Below are positions 1-10,082 of a stretch of DNA of 40,504 nt, piece by piece. The stretch comes from Fidelibacterota bacterium (GTDB taxonomy: Bacteria; Fidelibacterota; UBA2242). The stretch covers positions 44,980 to 85,483 of the forward strand of contig JBNGDF010000010.1 in the NCBI GenBank assembly GCA_049975265.1, in the 5' to 3' direction. Numbering within the stretch: position 1 is the stretch's first letter; every line of letters begins with the position of its first letter. The translations under genes were made by a program, and so were the position numbers. The notes under the pieces were generated by a model, which saw only the letters and a list, made by a program, of their open reading frames with translations, had not been told where the DNA came from and searched no databases.

Positions 1-73
1 TCAATGTCTTCTCAACGAAGCGTGTCCTGCGGAGTGACGATTGATCGACACAGAGTAATTCGCAGTTAAAATT

Positions 74-265
74 CTATTTAACCAATACCAACTTTGCTGT
101 TGTAGGCGGTTGCCCGGTTTCTGTCTCCAAACTTACCAGATAGATTCCCGAAGGCGCCAGAAGTCCGTGCTGATTTCGCCCGTTCCAGATATATTCATAG
201 GAACCGGCTGCCTGAAAATCCCGGACCAGTCTTGTCACTTCCCGACCGGACAGGTCATAAATGGT
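74..265 (-). pseudogene. Orphan C-terminal FlgD-Ig/T9SS type-A sorting-like domain (5'-truncated gene remnant)
   Basis: Manual translation: TIYDLSGREVTRLVRDFQAAGSYEYIWNGRNQHGLLAPSGIYLVSLETETGQPPTTAKLVLVK-stop, with the typical IYDxxG..V, WNG, SGIY and KLVLVK motifs. In-frame TGA-TAA lies immediately upstream; no canonical start codon. Absent from the ORF track. Confidence 0.75.
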
Positions 266-275
266 TTATCAATGC

Positions 276-290
276 AACCTTCGGGAGGCT
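276..290. repeat. Degenerate copy of the AACCTTC-N-GAAGGTT palindrome
   Basis: AACCTTCGGGAGGCT, 13/15 match to the copies at 32349, 32402, 34285 and 34337. Confidence 0.5.
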
Positions 291-299
291 ACGGCGAAA

Positions 300-1550
300 T
301 TACGGCTCGAAAATCGGCTTTAGGTAATCATGCCAATAGCTTTGCCAGTTGTATTGGCTGAAAACCCGTTTGAAAAGTTGATCACTATGAGACAGATTCT
401 CTTTAAGGAATTTTTCCAGGCGGACGGCGTTATAATCGGGACTTTCGTCTAATGGCAGATAAAGTACCGCGTCCTCGGCAATTTCACGAAATACCGGGAT
501 TTTTGAAACCGCGATCGGCGTCCGGGCGGCGCCTGCTTCGAGAATTGGCATGCCGAATCCTTCGTCCAGACTTAGATAAAGTACCAGATGAGCTATGAAG
601 TAGAGATCACGAACAACATCCCGGTTTTTGTATTGCGGGATATTAAGCTCTTCAAAAATTTCATCGAGAAACAACACCTGATCGGCAACGTCATAATCTG
701 CTACCAGTTTTTTAAGCTCTTTGGAATAGGGTGACAGCTCATGGTTTGTTTTTTCGGATTGTCCGGTGATAATACCCCGAATATCGGGGAAAACCTCCTT
801 GAGTTTAGCGATGATCTGGATACTCCGCGCTAGATTTTTACGGGGCAGTTGACGGGACGGCATTAAAATAAACGGATAGTGGTGATGCAGGGACAGCTGC
901 GCAATGATACGGGTAGTCTCCTCATGAAAATTCAGGAATTCTTTATATTTGAGTATATTTGGAACGACGGCAATTTTTTTTCGGGGAAGTCCAAGCAATT
1001 CAGCCATTTGACGGCGACGATGTTCGGAAATTGTAATGTAATGAACGTGCGGCAGTGTTGACTTCAGCAGCAGCCAGGGACGCCGGTTGTATAGCATATC
1101 TTTATGATCGTCCATTAACCAGGCTAAATCGTGAGTCCAGATGAAAAAGCGTTTATGATGATGCTTTTCAATAAAATTCCAGAAAGCTTCGGACGCCGTG
1201 AGATTGAACGGCATTGTCATCATATTGTGAATGATGACAGTATCAATGTTGCCGATCCTGGTCTCGATTTGTTTTTCCAGATTGTGCAGTCGGTATTCGT
1301 AATCCTCAGGGAGCGACCCAAAATTCAGGATTCGCTGGATTTTTTGGATATGCGGATTGTAGGGACTAAAATCGGGCAGGGCACTCGTCTGAATATTGGT
1401 ACCCTCGAATTTACCCTCGCCCGTCAACAGAGTTACCAAATAGCCCTGGTCTGCGAAGGCTTCTGCCTGGGGACCGATGATATTTTCCACTCCCCCGATA
1501 ACCGGCGGCAAGGTATAGTGAGCAATAACGATCTGTTTTAATAACTTCAT
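300..1550 (-). CDS. Glycosyltransferase family 4 (GT-B fold)
   Basis: 416 aa; N-terminal PPVIGGVE, HNMM and THD motifs, SRxxPRKN, and the EGFGMPILEA (E-x7-E) signature. Confidence 0.9.
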   Translation of the reverse strand: MKLLKQIVIAHYTLPPVIGGVENIIGPQAEAFADQGYLVTLLTGEGKFEGTNIQTSALPDFSPYNPHIQKIQRILNFGSLPEDYEYRLHNLEKQIETRIGNIDTVIIHNMMTMPFNLTASEAFWNFIEKHHHKRFFIWTHDLAWLMDDHKDMLYNRRPWLLLKSTLPHVHYITISEHRRRQMAELLGLPRKKIAVVPNILKYKEFLNFHEETTRIIAQLSLHHHYPFILMPSRQLPRKNLARSIQIIAKLKEVFPDIRGIITGQSEKTNHELSPYSKELKKLVADYDVADQVLFLDEIFEELNIPQYKNRDVVRDLYFIAHLVLYLSLDEGFGMPILEAGAARTPIAVSKIPVFREIAEDAVLYLPLDESPDYNAVRLEKFLKENLSHSDQLFKRVFSQYNWQSYWHDYLKPIFEP

Positions 1551-1725
1551 TCAGTTCACCAAGCAACTTTCGTAATATAGGAGAAATTTTTTGGAACGGA
1601 AATAGTAATTCCTCGCAGCACAGACAACGAATAGACCTGATTCTTCATCCAACGGTTAATTTTCGACACTATTTCAGATACTGCAACTTTTTTGTATATT
1701 TCAATGAGAACCAAATACAGACATT

Positions 1726-3171
1726 ATGAAAAAAACACACCTATCAATATTACTGTTATCGGTCGTCCTGGCAAGCACCTGCAGCCGACCCAGATACCCC
1801 ACCACCCGGTCGGAGGAGGCGCTGGAATTTTACAAAACCGCCGAGAAATACCGCCAGCAACTCTATTACCGCAAGGCGCTGGATAATTACTTGACGGCTT
1901 TTTCAACGGACAGCGGTTTTGCTATGGCTGCCATGAAAGCAGCCCAGATGTATTCCCTGTTTGGTCATTCCGACAGTGCCCAATTTTATCTGAAGGCTGC
2001 CCGGCAATTATCCAACCGGGTTTCCAATCTCGAACGCCTGACGATCGAATATTACTGGTCGGATTTCAATTCGGAGGAGACCCGCCGAACTCTCCTGGCG
2101 GATTCGCTGGTCATCCTTTACCCGCATCACTTCGATGTCCGAGTCATCAATGCCGATGAAAAATGGAGACGATTCCGTTATACCGAGGCACGCAAAGCCT
2201 ATCAGACGCTCTTGCGCGATTACCCGAATTACATTATCGCATACAATCATATCGGCTATCTGTACGCCTATGAAGGTTATTTCAAAGAGGCGGTCGCCTA
2301 TCTGGAAAAGTACAAACAGCGTGCTGCAAATCAGTTGAATCCATACGACAGCCTGGCGGAAATCTATATCGCCGTCGGTCGCTACCATGAAGCCATCCGG
2401 ATGCTGGAATATATTATCCAAAACCAGCACGATGAGCTGGAAAAAAACGAATATATCGGCACCACGATCTACTACCGGATAGCGGTCGCCTACACCCGAC
2501 TCGGTCAATATCAAAAAGCCCTGGACTATCTCGATACTGCGGAAAAATATTTCGCCTCAAACTTCGCCGTGAATCGCCTGTACCGCCAGCGGATCAGCAT
2601 TTATCGTGAGTTGGAACAGCCGGACAAGGTGGGAAAAACTCTGATGGAATTGAAACAGCGTCTGCCGGGTGAAAAATTCCCCCTTCAGACCGCCTTGTGG
2701 CACATTATGAACCATGAAATTGACAAGGTTCTGGAGATTCTCGAACATTATCAATCCATCGAAAAATCGGACGAGCAACTGAAGCGCGCCTACCTGGTGG
2801 AACACGCAATTATTGAAGGCGAATTAAATTTCAAGACCGGTCTTTACTCGGAAGCTGCCGAAAAATTCAAACTCGCCGCCGATACATACAACGATTTTCT
2901 CAATTCAGCGCCTCTCCGGATCAGAGAATGTATTGCCATTGGTAAAGCCGGCGACTACTCCGCCGCACTGAGATGTCTGCACAAACAATCCCGAATCAAT
3001 CCAAACTACCCGCAGACCCTGGTTGCAATCGCCGAATTCTATCAGAAATCCGGGAAAAAGACCGAAGCCCGAGCATATCTGCATCATTTTTTAAATTTAT
3101 GGGAAAATGCCGATCCCGCTACGCCGCTGATGCAACAGGCTAACGCAATTCTTGAAGAGTTGAATCGCTAG
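1726..3171 (+). CDS. Tetratricopeptide-repeat protein, probable lipoprotein
   Basis: 481 aa; MKK plus hydrophobic stretch ending LAST-C; repeated TPR patterns (AYNHIGYLY, PYDSLAEIY..GRYHEA, LGQYQKALDY). Confidence 0.85.
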   Translation: MKKTHLSILLLSVVLASTCSRPRYPTTRSEEALEFYKTAEKYRQQLYYRKALDNYLTAFSTDSGFAMAAMKAAQMYSLFGHSDSAQFYLKAARQLSNRVSNLERLTIEYYWSDFNSEETRRTLLADSLVILYPHHFDVRVINADEKWRRFRYTEARKAYQTLLRDYPNYIIAYNHIGYLYAYEGYFKEAVAYLEKYKQRAANQLNPYDSLAEIYIAVGRYHEAIRMLEYIIQNQHDELEKNEYIGTTIYYRIAVAYTRLGQYQKALDYLDTAEKYFASNFAVNRLYRQRISIYRELEQPDKVGKTLMELKQRLPGEKFPLQTALWHIMNHEIDKVLEILEHYQSIEKSDEQLKRAYLVEHAIIEGELNFKTGLYSEAAEKFKLAADTYNDFLNSAPLRIRECIAIGKAGDYSAALRCLHKQSRINPNYPQTLVAIAEFYQKSGKKTEARAYLHHFLNLWENADPATPLMQQANAILEELNR

Positions 3172-3823
3172 GCGATTCGGGCAACTGCAGGGATATCTCA
3201 CTCACGATTATACCGCTGCTATCATACTGGACAATATGCTGAACCGAATTGGCATAATTAAATTCAAAGTCGGTCAACTCAATCACCTTGTCATCGTGAC
3301 TGCGAATCCAGATTTCCATTGTGAGGTCATTTCGGTCGTTATAGCGCAATTCCAAGCGCCCGACATCTTCTCCACTGGCGGATTTGACCTGGTACTTCAC
3401 CGGATTTTGCAGCGAATCGAACCAACATACCGTATAATAGTCTTTCTGGGTGGGTAACCAGTCGCGACCATACATTTTTTCCAGCAATTGCGCCTGAATC
3501 TTGTCCGGCTGATAGGCTATTCTTGAGACAAGGACCGAGTCGGCTGTCAGTGAATCCCGAACCACCAGGTTACCGGAATGATCGTAATAGTATCGTGTCA
3601 CCGCTGCGAGGCGACCGTCGGTCATTATAAAATCGAGCTGTTTTATCCGCTGCCCTTCTATCGTTGCCCGGTAAAAAGCCTGTCCGACAACTTCAACAGG
3701 ACTCACATCCAGCTGCCGAATGAAATCAGCGTAACTCCGATAGTAGCGGAAAACGGTCTGAGCATTCAGTGTACTCAATATCAGATATATTATTACTGAA
3801 ATACTCAACCAGGATTGCTTCAT
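3140..3823 (-). CDS. Hypothetical secreted protein
   Basis: 227 aa; signal peptide ending LNA-Q; Tyr-rich beta-strand repeats (YYYDHSGN, YNDRND, YDSSG); its 3' end overlaps the TPR gene by 32 bp. Confidence 0.7.
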   Translation of the reverse strand: MKQSWLSISVIIYLILSTLNAQTVFRYYRSYADFIRQLDVSPVEVVGQAFYRATIEGQRIKQLDFIMTDGRLAAVTRYYYDHSGNLVVRDSLTADSVLVSRIAYQPDKIQAQLLEKMYGRDWLPTQKDYYTVCWFDSLQNPVKYQVKSASGEDVGRLELRYNDRNDLTMEIWIRSHDDKVIELTDFEFNYANSVQHIVQYDSSGIIVSEISLQLPESPSDSTLQELR

Positions 3824-3959
3824 AGTCTATTTTAACCCGAAATCCCATATCTTTCAAGAGAACATTTATTTTTCACTGTAATTTCCCGATTGCTTGTAAT
3901 TTCGGATTTCCTTATTTTTCAAACGCATGGGTTGAAACGGGTCAATGGTTTGAACATCA

Positions 3960-6900
3960 ATGAATCGATTTAAAATCAAATCCTGTCTGGTGGGAGCGGT
4001 GCTATCGGTTGCTCTCCTTGCAATCGTGCCTCTTTTCGGACTAAACCAGCGGATCGAATTCGAAAATATTAAGCTGTATAAAGGGCAACAGCAAATTGAT
4101 GTTCACGATATCGTTCAGGATTCTGTCGGCTACATCTGGTTTGCCTCCACCAAAGGTCTCTTCCGCTATGACGGCTACCAATTCAAACGGTTTACCCATG
4201 ATGATCAAGACAGCACCAGCGTTCCGGCTGACAACATCTTTAAGTTGGCTATTGATCCCCAAGGGACACTCTGGATAGTCAGCTTAAATGTACTCAGTCG
4301 GTATAATCCCGTCAATGAATCCTTTGTCCATTATCCGATCAAGACTGAAAATATCAGAGGCTTTTTCTCTATTACAGCGGATCGGAAACATGTCTGGTTA
4401 GGCGGGTATCAGGGGGATTTGTACCGCTTCCATAAACAGTCCCGGCAGTACGACTGCATACAACTGGTTGATCGCCAGCGGTATCCGGGGATAACAATAA
4501 TTATTCGAAATCTGGCTGTAGCCGATTCCCTGTTATGGATCACCTCTAATGTAGGTGTCTATACTCTTCACCTCAATACACTGCAGATTCGCCCATTCCA
4601 TCAATATTTCCCGGAAATGGAACCAGGCTTTAATTCCCGTGTTCTGTTAATTAACAAAAACCGCGACATATTTTTTGGAGTCAATCAACTGATTCTTTAC
4701 CAAATAACAAATCACGAGTTGAACCACTACTGCTTTCTGGATCACTCCCGTTCTGATAAAGATCCTGAAGATTTATTTTGTGAATGTATTAACTCCATCG
4801 ACGAAGATAATCAGGGCAATCTATGGATGGCGGCCCCCTCAGAGGGTCTGATTTTTTTCAATATGAAAACAAAGCAGTTCAAAACATCCCGGTTGCACCC
4901 CCACATTTTATCCGGATTGCCATATTTAAACTATACTGTGGTTTTTGTTGATCGCTCGGGAACCATCTGGATCAACCATGCCGGTGAGGGTCTCTATCGG
5001 AGTAAAATCAATCCTTTTCGTATCCGGAATTATCAAACAATTGTCAATCCCCAGGACTCATGTACAAATGATTATATCACTAATATCGCGGAATTGTCGG
5101 ACGGTCGCCTGGTCTTTACATTACATAAAAACGGTGTGATGATTTTTAATCCATTTTATGAAACCTTTGAGTTTATTAAAAATTTCTACAAAGACAGCCA
5201 CTCTCAATACAATAATGATTTTAAAAAACTTCTTGTTGACAGGCACGATCATATCTGGTTAATTGCTGCAACCGGTCTGATCGAGTACGATATTGAAAAT
5301 AAAAAGTTTTCTTTTTATCAAGATAACCTGTTTTCCAAACCGCAACCACATGGTAAGTGGTTGATTAGCTCTCTTCAAGTCAAAGATGATTCCACTCTAT
5401 GGGTCGGTTGTATAGACGGCACCCTCTGTGAATTTAACACCGTCAGAAAAAAAGTCGTCGGCACCTATCGATCTGATTATCCGGTATCTGATCAAATGGG
5501 CATCAACGCCAAAGCCATCCTCTGTATTGAAAAGGATCAGGACGGCATCCTCTGGCTGGGAACACCAGTGGAGGGAATTTTCCTCTTTGCGCCAGAGAAA
5601 AAGAAATTCGTCCGGCGTTATCCCTTTCAATTGATCGATAACCGTGTAGCCCCCATCCTTGATATCATGAAAGGACGAGATGGAAAGATGTGGCTGGCTG
5701 CACTTCGTAACGGATTGGCTTATTATGATAACCAAATCGGTGATTTTTTTCTTTTTAAAGACCAGGAAGGGATGTTGTCTAACATCATCTGTACCGTTCT
5801 TGAGGACAGTCTGGGAAATATATGGGTGTGTAATCAGCAAGGTGTTTGCCTGTTTGACAAAGTTAATGGAATTTTTACCCCCTTCTGCGAAACGGAAAAT
5901 CTTCTGTTCCATCTCATCCAAAAAAATGATGCTCAACAGATTGTGACAAAATTCAACCCGAATACGCAACAGCTGGATACGATTTACTGCCAGCCCTACC
6001 AGAATTCCCGGACAACTGCACATCTGTCCCGAAACGGTCTGCTTTACTTCGGAGGACCAAACGGATTCTCCGTCGTTGATCCCCGCTCTTTAACGGATAT
6101 CAGTGCCCAAAATCTCAGTCTGACCGCCTTTAAAATTTTTAACAAAACGATTCGTTTCGACCAACCCATTTATGAAGTCAGAGATATCCAGTTAACGTAC
6201 AAGGATTACATTTTCAGGTTCGAATTTATGCTTTCGGATTTCACCAATGTCGCCAACAATCACTTCGCCTTTTGGCTGCAGGGATTCGAAAAGGACTGGA
6301 TTCACGTGGGAAACGTCAACAGCCGCGAATATTACAATATTCCTCCCGGTCGCTATACCTTTCTGGCGAAAGCCCGCAACAGCAGCGGAATCTGGACACC
6401 GGAGCCTGTGGCGATCCATCTAACCATTACACCGCCGTTCTGGAAAACCCCGTGGTTCTATCTTATTGTATTCGCCTCTCTGACAGCCGCCGTCGGCACC
6501 GGTATCCATCTTCGTTTCCGCTATCTGCAAAATCAACGCAAACTACTGGAGAGCCAGGTGCAGCAGCGTACCAGGGAATTATCCAAAACCAATCAGCAAC
6601 TCTTAAAGGAGATTCAACACCGTCAAAAAGTCGAAGCGGAACTGCGCAAAAGCGAGGAGGAATACCGTGACCTGTTTGAAAACGCCTACGACGTTATCTG
6701 GATATCCGATATGGCAGGCAATATCCAGGCGGTCAACTCCTACTTCCAAAAATTAATGGGCTATTCCAGAGATGAGATTCTCGGCACCAATCTGCTGGAT
6801 TATGTTAGCCCGGAACACCGCTTTCGGGCGATTCGGTACTACCTGATCTTCTGCCGGGACCATCTGATGGAGTGTGAACTGAATTTTAAAACAAAAAACA

Positions 6901-7718
6901 ACGGCGTTCGCATCCTGTGGCTGAAAAGCCGCGGCATCTACGAAAACGGACAGATTGTCGGCGTTCACGTTATCGGTCGGGATTCCACAGCCCTGAAAAA
7001 AGCCCAGCACGAACTGCAAAGAGCAGAACAGGCGAAGCGCGACAGTATTAAACAGCTGATCCTGAAAATCGCCCATGAGATTAAGAATCCCCTCAGCAGT
7101 ATCAGTAGTTCGGCACAACTGGTGGCATCTTCAAAAGATTATCACTACAGTGAAAAAATTCAGCGCCATATGAACATTATTAATAAAAATGTATTCTTCT
7201 GCAATCAGGTCATCCGTGATCTCTATCTGTTTACTCACCAGAAGGATTATATGTTTAAACCCTTCAGCATTAAAGAAATGATGAAAGCCCTGCAGGAATA
7301 TGCCGAGAGTAAAATCGAAAGCGGCTCGCAAATTACCGTCAAAACTTACACCGCGGAATCGTTAGAGGATTTGATCGGCGATAAATTTCGCCTGGAGCAA
7401 GCCTTTATTAACATCATCAATAACGCCATTGAAGCGATGTCGGGCGAAGGCATCCTGAGCATCAGCGCCCTGGTTATTGAAAACCAAACCTGTATCGAAA
7501 TTTCCGACACCGGCTGCGGAATTCCCGAAGAAGCCCAGATGGAGATTTACAAGCCCTTTTACACCTCGAAATCCGACGGCTTCGGACTGGGATTGTCGAT
7601 TGTAAAGGATATTGTTGATGCTCACGATGGATTTATTGAGGTACTCAGCAAGCCCAACGCAGGCACAACGTTCAGAATCCGGTTTAAACAGCGTTTCGCC
7701 GCCGTATCACTTAATTAA
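3960..7718 (+). CDS. Sensor histidine kinase (periplasmic beta-propeller + Y_Y_Y, TM, PAS, HisKA, HATPase)
   Basis: 1252 aa; QDSVGYIWF/DxxGxLW propeller repeats, LQGFEKDW..PPGRYTF, PPFWKTPWF then TM, PAS (YRDLFENA), H-box AHEIKNPL, N box INNAIEA, G boxes DTGCG and GFGLGL. Confidence 0.93.
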   Translation: MNRFKIKSCLVGAVLSVALLAIVPLFGLNQRIEFENIKLYKGQQQIDVHDIVQDSVGYIWFASTKGLFRYDGYQFKRFTHDDQDSTSVPADNIFKLAIDPQGTLWIVSLNVLSRYNPVNESFVHYPIKTENIRGFFSITADRKHVWLGGYQGDLYRFHKQSRQYDCIQLVDRQRYPGITIIIRNLAVADSLLWITSNVGVYTLHLNTLQIRPFHQYFPEMEPGFNSRVLLINKNRDIFFGVNQLILYQITNHELNHYCFLDHSRSDKDPEDLFCECINSIDEDNQGNLWMAAPSEGLIFFNMKTKQFKTSRLHPHILSGLPYLNYTVVFVDRSGTIWINHAGEGLYRSKINPFRIRNYQTIVNPQDSCTNDYITNIAELSDGRLVFTLHKNGVMIFNPFYETFEFIKNFYKDSHSQYNNDFKKLLVDRHDHIWLIAATGLIEYDIENKKFSFYQDNLFSKPQPHGKWLISSLQVKDDSTLWVGCIDGTLCEFNTVRKKVVGTYRSDYPVSDQMGINAKAILCIEKDQDGILWLGTPVEGIFLFAPEKKKFVRRYPFQLIDNRVAPILDIMKGRDGKMWLAALRNGLAYYDNQIGDFFLFKDQEGMLSNIICTVLEDSLGNIWVCNQQGVCLFDKVNGIFTPFCETENLLFHLIQKNDAQQIVTKFNPNTQQLDTIYCQPYQNSRTTAHLSRNGLLYFGGPNGFSVVDPRSLTDISAQNLSLTAFKIFNKTIRFDQPIYEVRDIQLTYKDYIFRFEFMLSDFTNVANNHFAFWLQGFEKDWIHVGNVNSREYYNIPPGRYTFLAKARNSSGIWTPEPVAIHLTITPPFWKTPWFYLIVFASLTAAVGTGIHLRFRYLQNQRKLLESQVQQRTRELSKTNQQLLKEIQHRQKVEAELRKSEEEYRDLFENAYDVIWISDMAGNIQAVNSYFQKLMGYSRDEILGTNLLDYVSPEHRFRAIRYYLIFCRDHLMECELNFKTKNNGVRILWLKSRGIYENGQIVGVHVIGRDSTALKKAQHELQRAEQAKRDSIKQLILKIAHEIKNPLSSISSSAQLVASSKDYHYSEKIQRHMNIINKNVFFCNQVIRDLYLFTHQKDYMFKPFSIKEMMKALQEYAESKIESGSQITVKTYTAESLEDLIGDKFRLEQAFINIINNAIEAMSGEGILSISALVIENQTCIEISDTGCGIPEEAQMEIYKPFYTSKSDGFGLGLSIVKDIVDAHDGFIEVLSKPNAGTTFRIRFKQRFAAVSLN

Positions 7719-7729
7719 GGGAGTTGCTT

Positions 7730-9118
7730 GTGGACTACACAATCTTAGTCGTTGACGATAACCAGGATACCCGGGAAAATATCCGGGAGCTGCTGGATGA
7801 AAACGGTTATCACACGCTCGGCGCACCAGATGGAAAAGTAGCGCTAAAAACAATCAGCGAAAGCCATCCTGACGGAATTATTCTCGATATGAATCTTCCT
7901 GAAATAAGCGGTTGGGAGCTGATTCAGGAAATCAGAGATCAAATCGCCAATGGTTTACTGGTCATCATCATCACCGCCTACGGCGATGTTCAGAACGCAG
8001 TGGATGCTATCAAGGTCGGCGTCTACGATTATTTTGAGAAACCGTTCAACAACGACAAACTCTTGCTCAGTTTGAGGAACGGTCTGGAAAAATTTGAGAT
8101 TCAGAAAGAACTTAACACCCTGAAGGCAAAGGCTTACTCCGGAACCGTCTCTGCGGAAGATTTCGGGACAAGTCAGGTGATAAAAAACCTCCTGGGAGAT
8201 GCCGAAAAGGTCGCCCAGACAAATTTTTCTGTCCTGATTGAGGGACCCACCGGCAGCGGAAAAAATCTGCTGGCCCGCTATATCCATCAGCACAGCCGCC
8301 GGAAAAGCGCTCCTTTTATTAATGTCGATTGTGGCACCATATCGGGCACTCTGATCGAGAGTGAACTGTTTGGTCATATCAAGGGCTCCTTCACCAGCGC
8401 TTTCAGCACCAAAGAGGGCAAGTTCGTAGCCGCCCATAAGGGCACTCTCGTGCTGGACGAGATCGGCAACATTCCGCCGGAACAGCAGGTAAAATTTCTG
8501 CGTGCCGTTGAGGAAAAAAAGATTTCACCCATAGGGTCTAACCGAGAATTTGCTGTGGACTTCCGTCTTATTGTTGCCACTCTTGAAAATCTGGAAAAAC
8601 TGATCGCGGCAGGCAAATTCCGCCAGGATTTATACTACCGCATCGCCGAATATTCCATCAAGATGCCGGCTCTTGCCGACCGCCCGAACGACATCCCTCA
8701 CCTTGCCCGGCGCTTCATCTGCGTCTCCAATCACAATCTTAACAAACAGGTCGCTGACGAACTGGATGATCCCGTCATCGATAAACTACTCTCGCACAAC
8801 TGGCCGGGGAATGTCCGTGAACTCCAACATGTCATCAGTACAGCAGTATTGCTGGCTAAAAAAAGAATCTCCCCTACCGATATTATCTTTCGCAATCCGA
8901 ATGACCGGATTACCGAATCTCCCGATTCTCCAAGTATTCCTTATCGGAAAGTAGATTCTCTGAAGAATGATATGATGATCAATATTGAAAATATTGAACG
9001 GCAATATCTTATGAAAGCCCTGGAGCTGGCTGATTATAATAAATCAAAAGCGGCGGATATTTTCGGAATCGCCCGGAAAAATTTCTATCAGAAATTAGCC
9101 AAATACAATCTAGGCTGA
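7730..9118 (+). CDS. NtrC-family response regulator (REC-AAA+-Fis HTH)
   Basis: ILVVDD and ILDMNLP receiver; Walker A GPTGSGK, ESELFGH, LDEIG, FRQDLYYR, WPGNVREL; C-terminal HTH. GTG start at 7730 chosen from the AAGGGAG SD (the track starts at TTG 7724). Confidence 0.93.
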   Translation: MDYTILVVDDNQDTRENIRELLDENGYHTLGAPDGKVALKTISESHPDGIILDMNLPEISGWELIQEIRDQIANGLLVIIITAYGDVQNAVDAIKVGVYDYFEKPFNNDKLLLSLRNGLEKFEIQKELNTLKAKAYSGTVSAEDFGTSQVIKNLLGDAEKVAQTNFSVLIEGPTGSGKNLLARYIHQHSRRKSAPFINVDCGTISGTLIESELFGHIKGSFTSAFSTKEGKFVAAHKGTLVLDEIGNIPPEQQVKFLRAVEEKKISPIGSNREFAVDFRLIVATLENLEKLIAAGKFRQDLYYRIAEYSIKMPALADRPNDIPHLARRFICVSNHNLNKQVADELDDPVIDKLLSHNWPGNVRELQHVISTAVLLAKKRISPTDIIFRNPNDRITESPDSPSIPYRKVDSLKNDMMINIENIERQYLMKALELADYNKSKAADIFGIARKNFYQKLAKYNLG

Positions 9119-9131
9119 GACGCCACCAACA

Positions 9132-9668
9132 CTATTCTTTCGGTGTGTCCCAGATTTCACGACCAAAAAAATCCCAGGGCAGACGTTTCTCATCACACTC
9201 CGTTGCGTCAGGACTGAACTTGCGGTCAACGAAATAGATGATGCGCGCCAACTGCGCCGAGGCATTTTTACAACCATGGGCAATGCCGGGTGGTATCAGC
9301 ACCAGCCGCGAAATACAATCACCCATGATCAATTTCATCATCACTCCCGAAGTAGGCGAACCGTGACGTTGATCCACTAAAACCAGCACCAGTTTATCTG
9401 TCGGTGGTACGTACCAAACATCGGTCTGAAACTCATGAATGTGGAAAGCTTTGATCCCACCGGGTTCCAGCTCACTGAAGTTGATCTGCGCCAGAGTGAA
9501 TGTCGCCACTCCATCCAGTTTTCCGTTCGTCAGACGGGCGAGTTCAGTCAAAGCGCCGGTCTCATCATTGAAGCGCCGTAAGGGCAGGATTTTAACTCCG
9601 TCTATGATCGGTTTAGATGAATAGTCCTGGACCAAAAGGGAACTCTGGGCGTCATCGTTTAATTTCAT
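9132..9668 (-). CDS. dTDP-4-dehydrorhamnose 3,5-epimerase-like (RmlC cupin)
   Basis: IDGV, DETG..TE, AFHIH..QTD, DQR..SPT, IPPGIAHG motifs; ATG at 9668 preceded by AAGGA. Confidence 0.85.
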   Translation of the reverse strand: MKLNDDAQSSLLVQDYSSKPIIDGVKILPLRRFNDETGALTELARLTNGKLDGVATFTLAQINFSELEPGGIKAFHIHEFQTDVWYVPPTDKLVLVLVDQRHGSPTSGVMMKLIMGDCISRLVLIPPGIAHGCKNASAQLARIIYFVDRKFSPDATECDEKRLPWDFFGREIWDTPKE

Positions 9669-9751
9669 GGATCGTTCCTTATTTTTTCCGATAGATAACT
9701 TAATTCCATTCAAATAAAAACACAACAGATGGGTAATGTTTCCACCACAAC

Positions 9752-9780
9752 TTGACATTCCTCGCTAATGCTGCTAAATT
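9752..9780 (+). promoter_or_regulatory. Sigma70-type promoter of the nuo-like operon
   Basis: TTGACA (9752-9757), 17 bp spacer, extended TG, TAAATT (9775-9780). Confidence 0.7.
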
Positions 9781-9805
9781 TTTCCTTTAAAAATTGAAAG
9801 TCATT

Positions 9806-10066
9806 ATGAAGAATCCTCATACGGAAGCAACCAGGTCAGGGAGTATTCCCGCCCGACACGATGGATATCATCTGTTCTGGATAATATTCCAAGCCTACTG
9901 CCTGATTACCATTCTGATTCTGTTCCTGAGCGGCTATACCGTTGTTGCCGGCTCTTCTCCTCTGAAAATCCCGTTTATCATCTATGCGCTTGTCAATTCG
10001 GTGATCTACTACCGCCTTTTTTTTAGAAATCCAATCCTACGAAAACAAATTTCAAAAACCAACTAG
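9806..10066 (+). CDS. Small membrane protein, possibly a truncated, diverged NuoA-like subunit
   Basis: About 86 aa with two hydrophobic helices; first gene of the nuo-like operon; only weak resemblance to NuoA TM2-3 and no FDVE motif. Confidence 0.45.
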   Translation: MKNPHTEATRSGSIPARHDGYHLFWIIFQAYCLITILILFLSGYTVVAGSSPLKIPFIIYALVNSVIYYRLFFRNPILRKQISKTN

Positions 10067-10082
10067 CCCAAATGGTTCCGAT

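Noticed and set aside
3..43. Possible degenerate GTCAT..AACGAAGCG..GGAGTGA-type intergenic repeat
   Set aside because: Single weak copy at the window edge; cannot be supported from this sequence alone.
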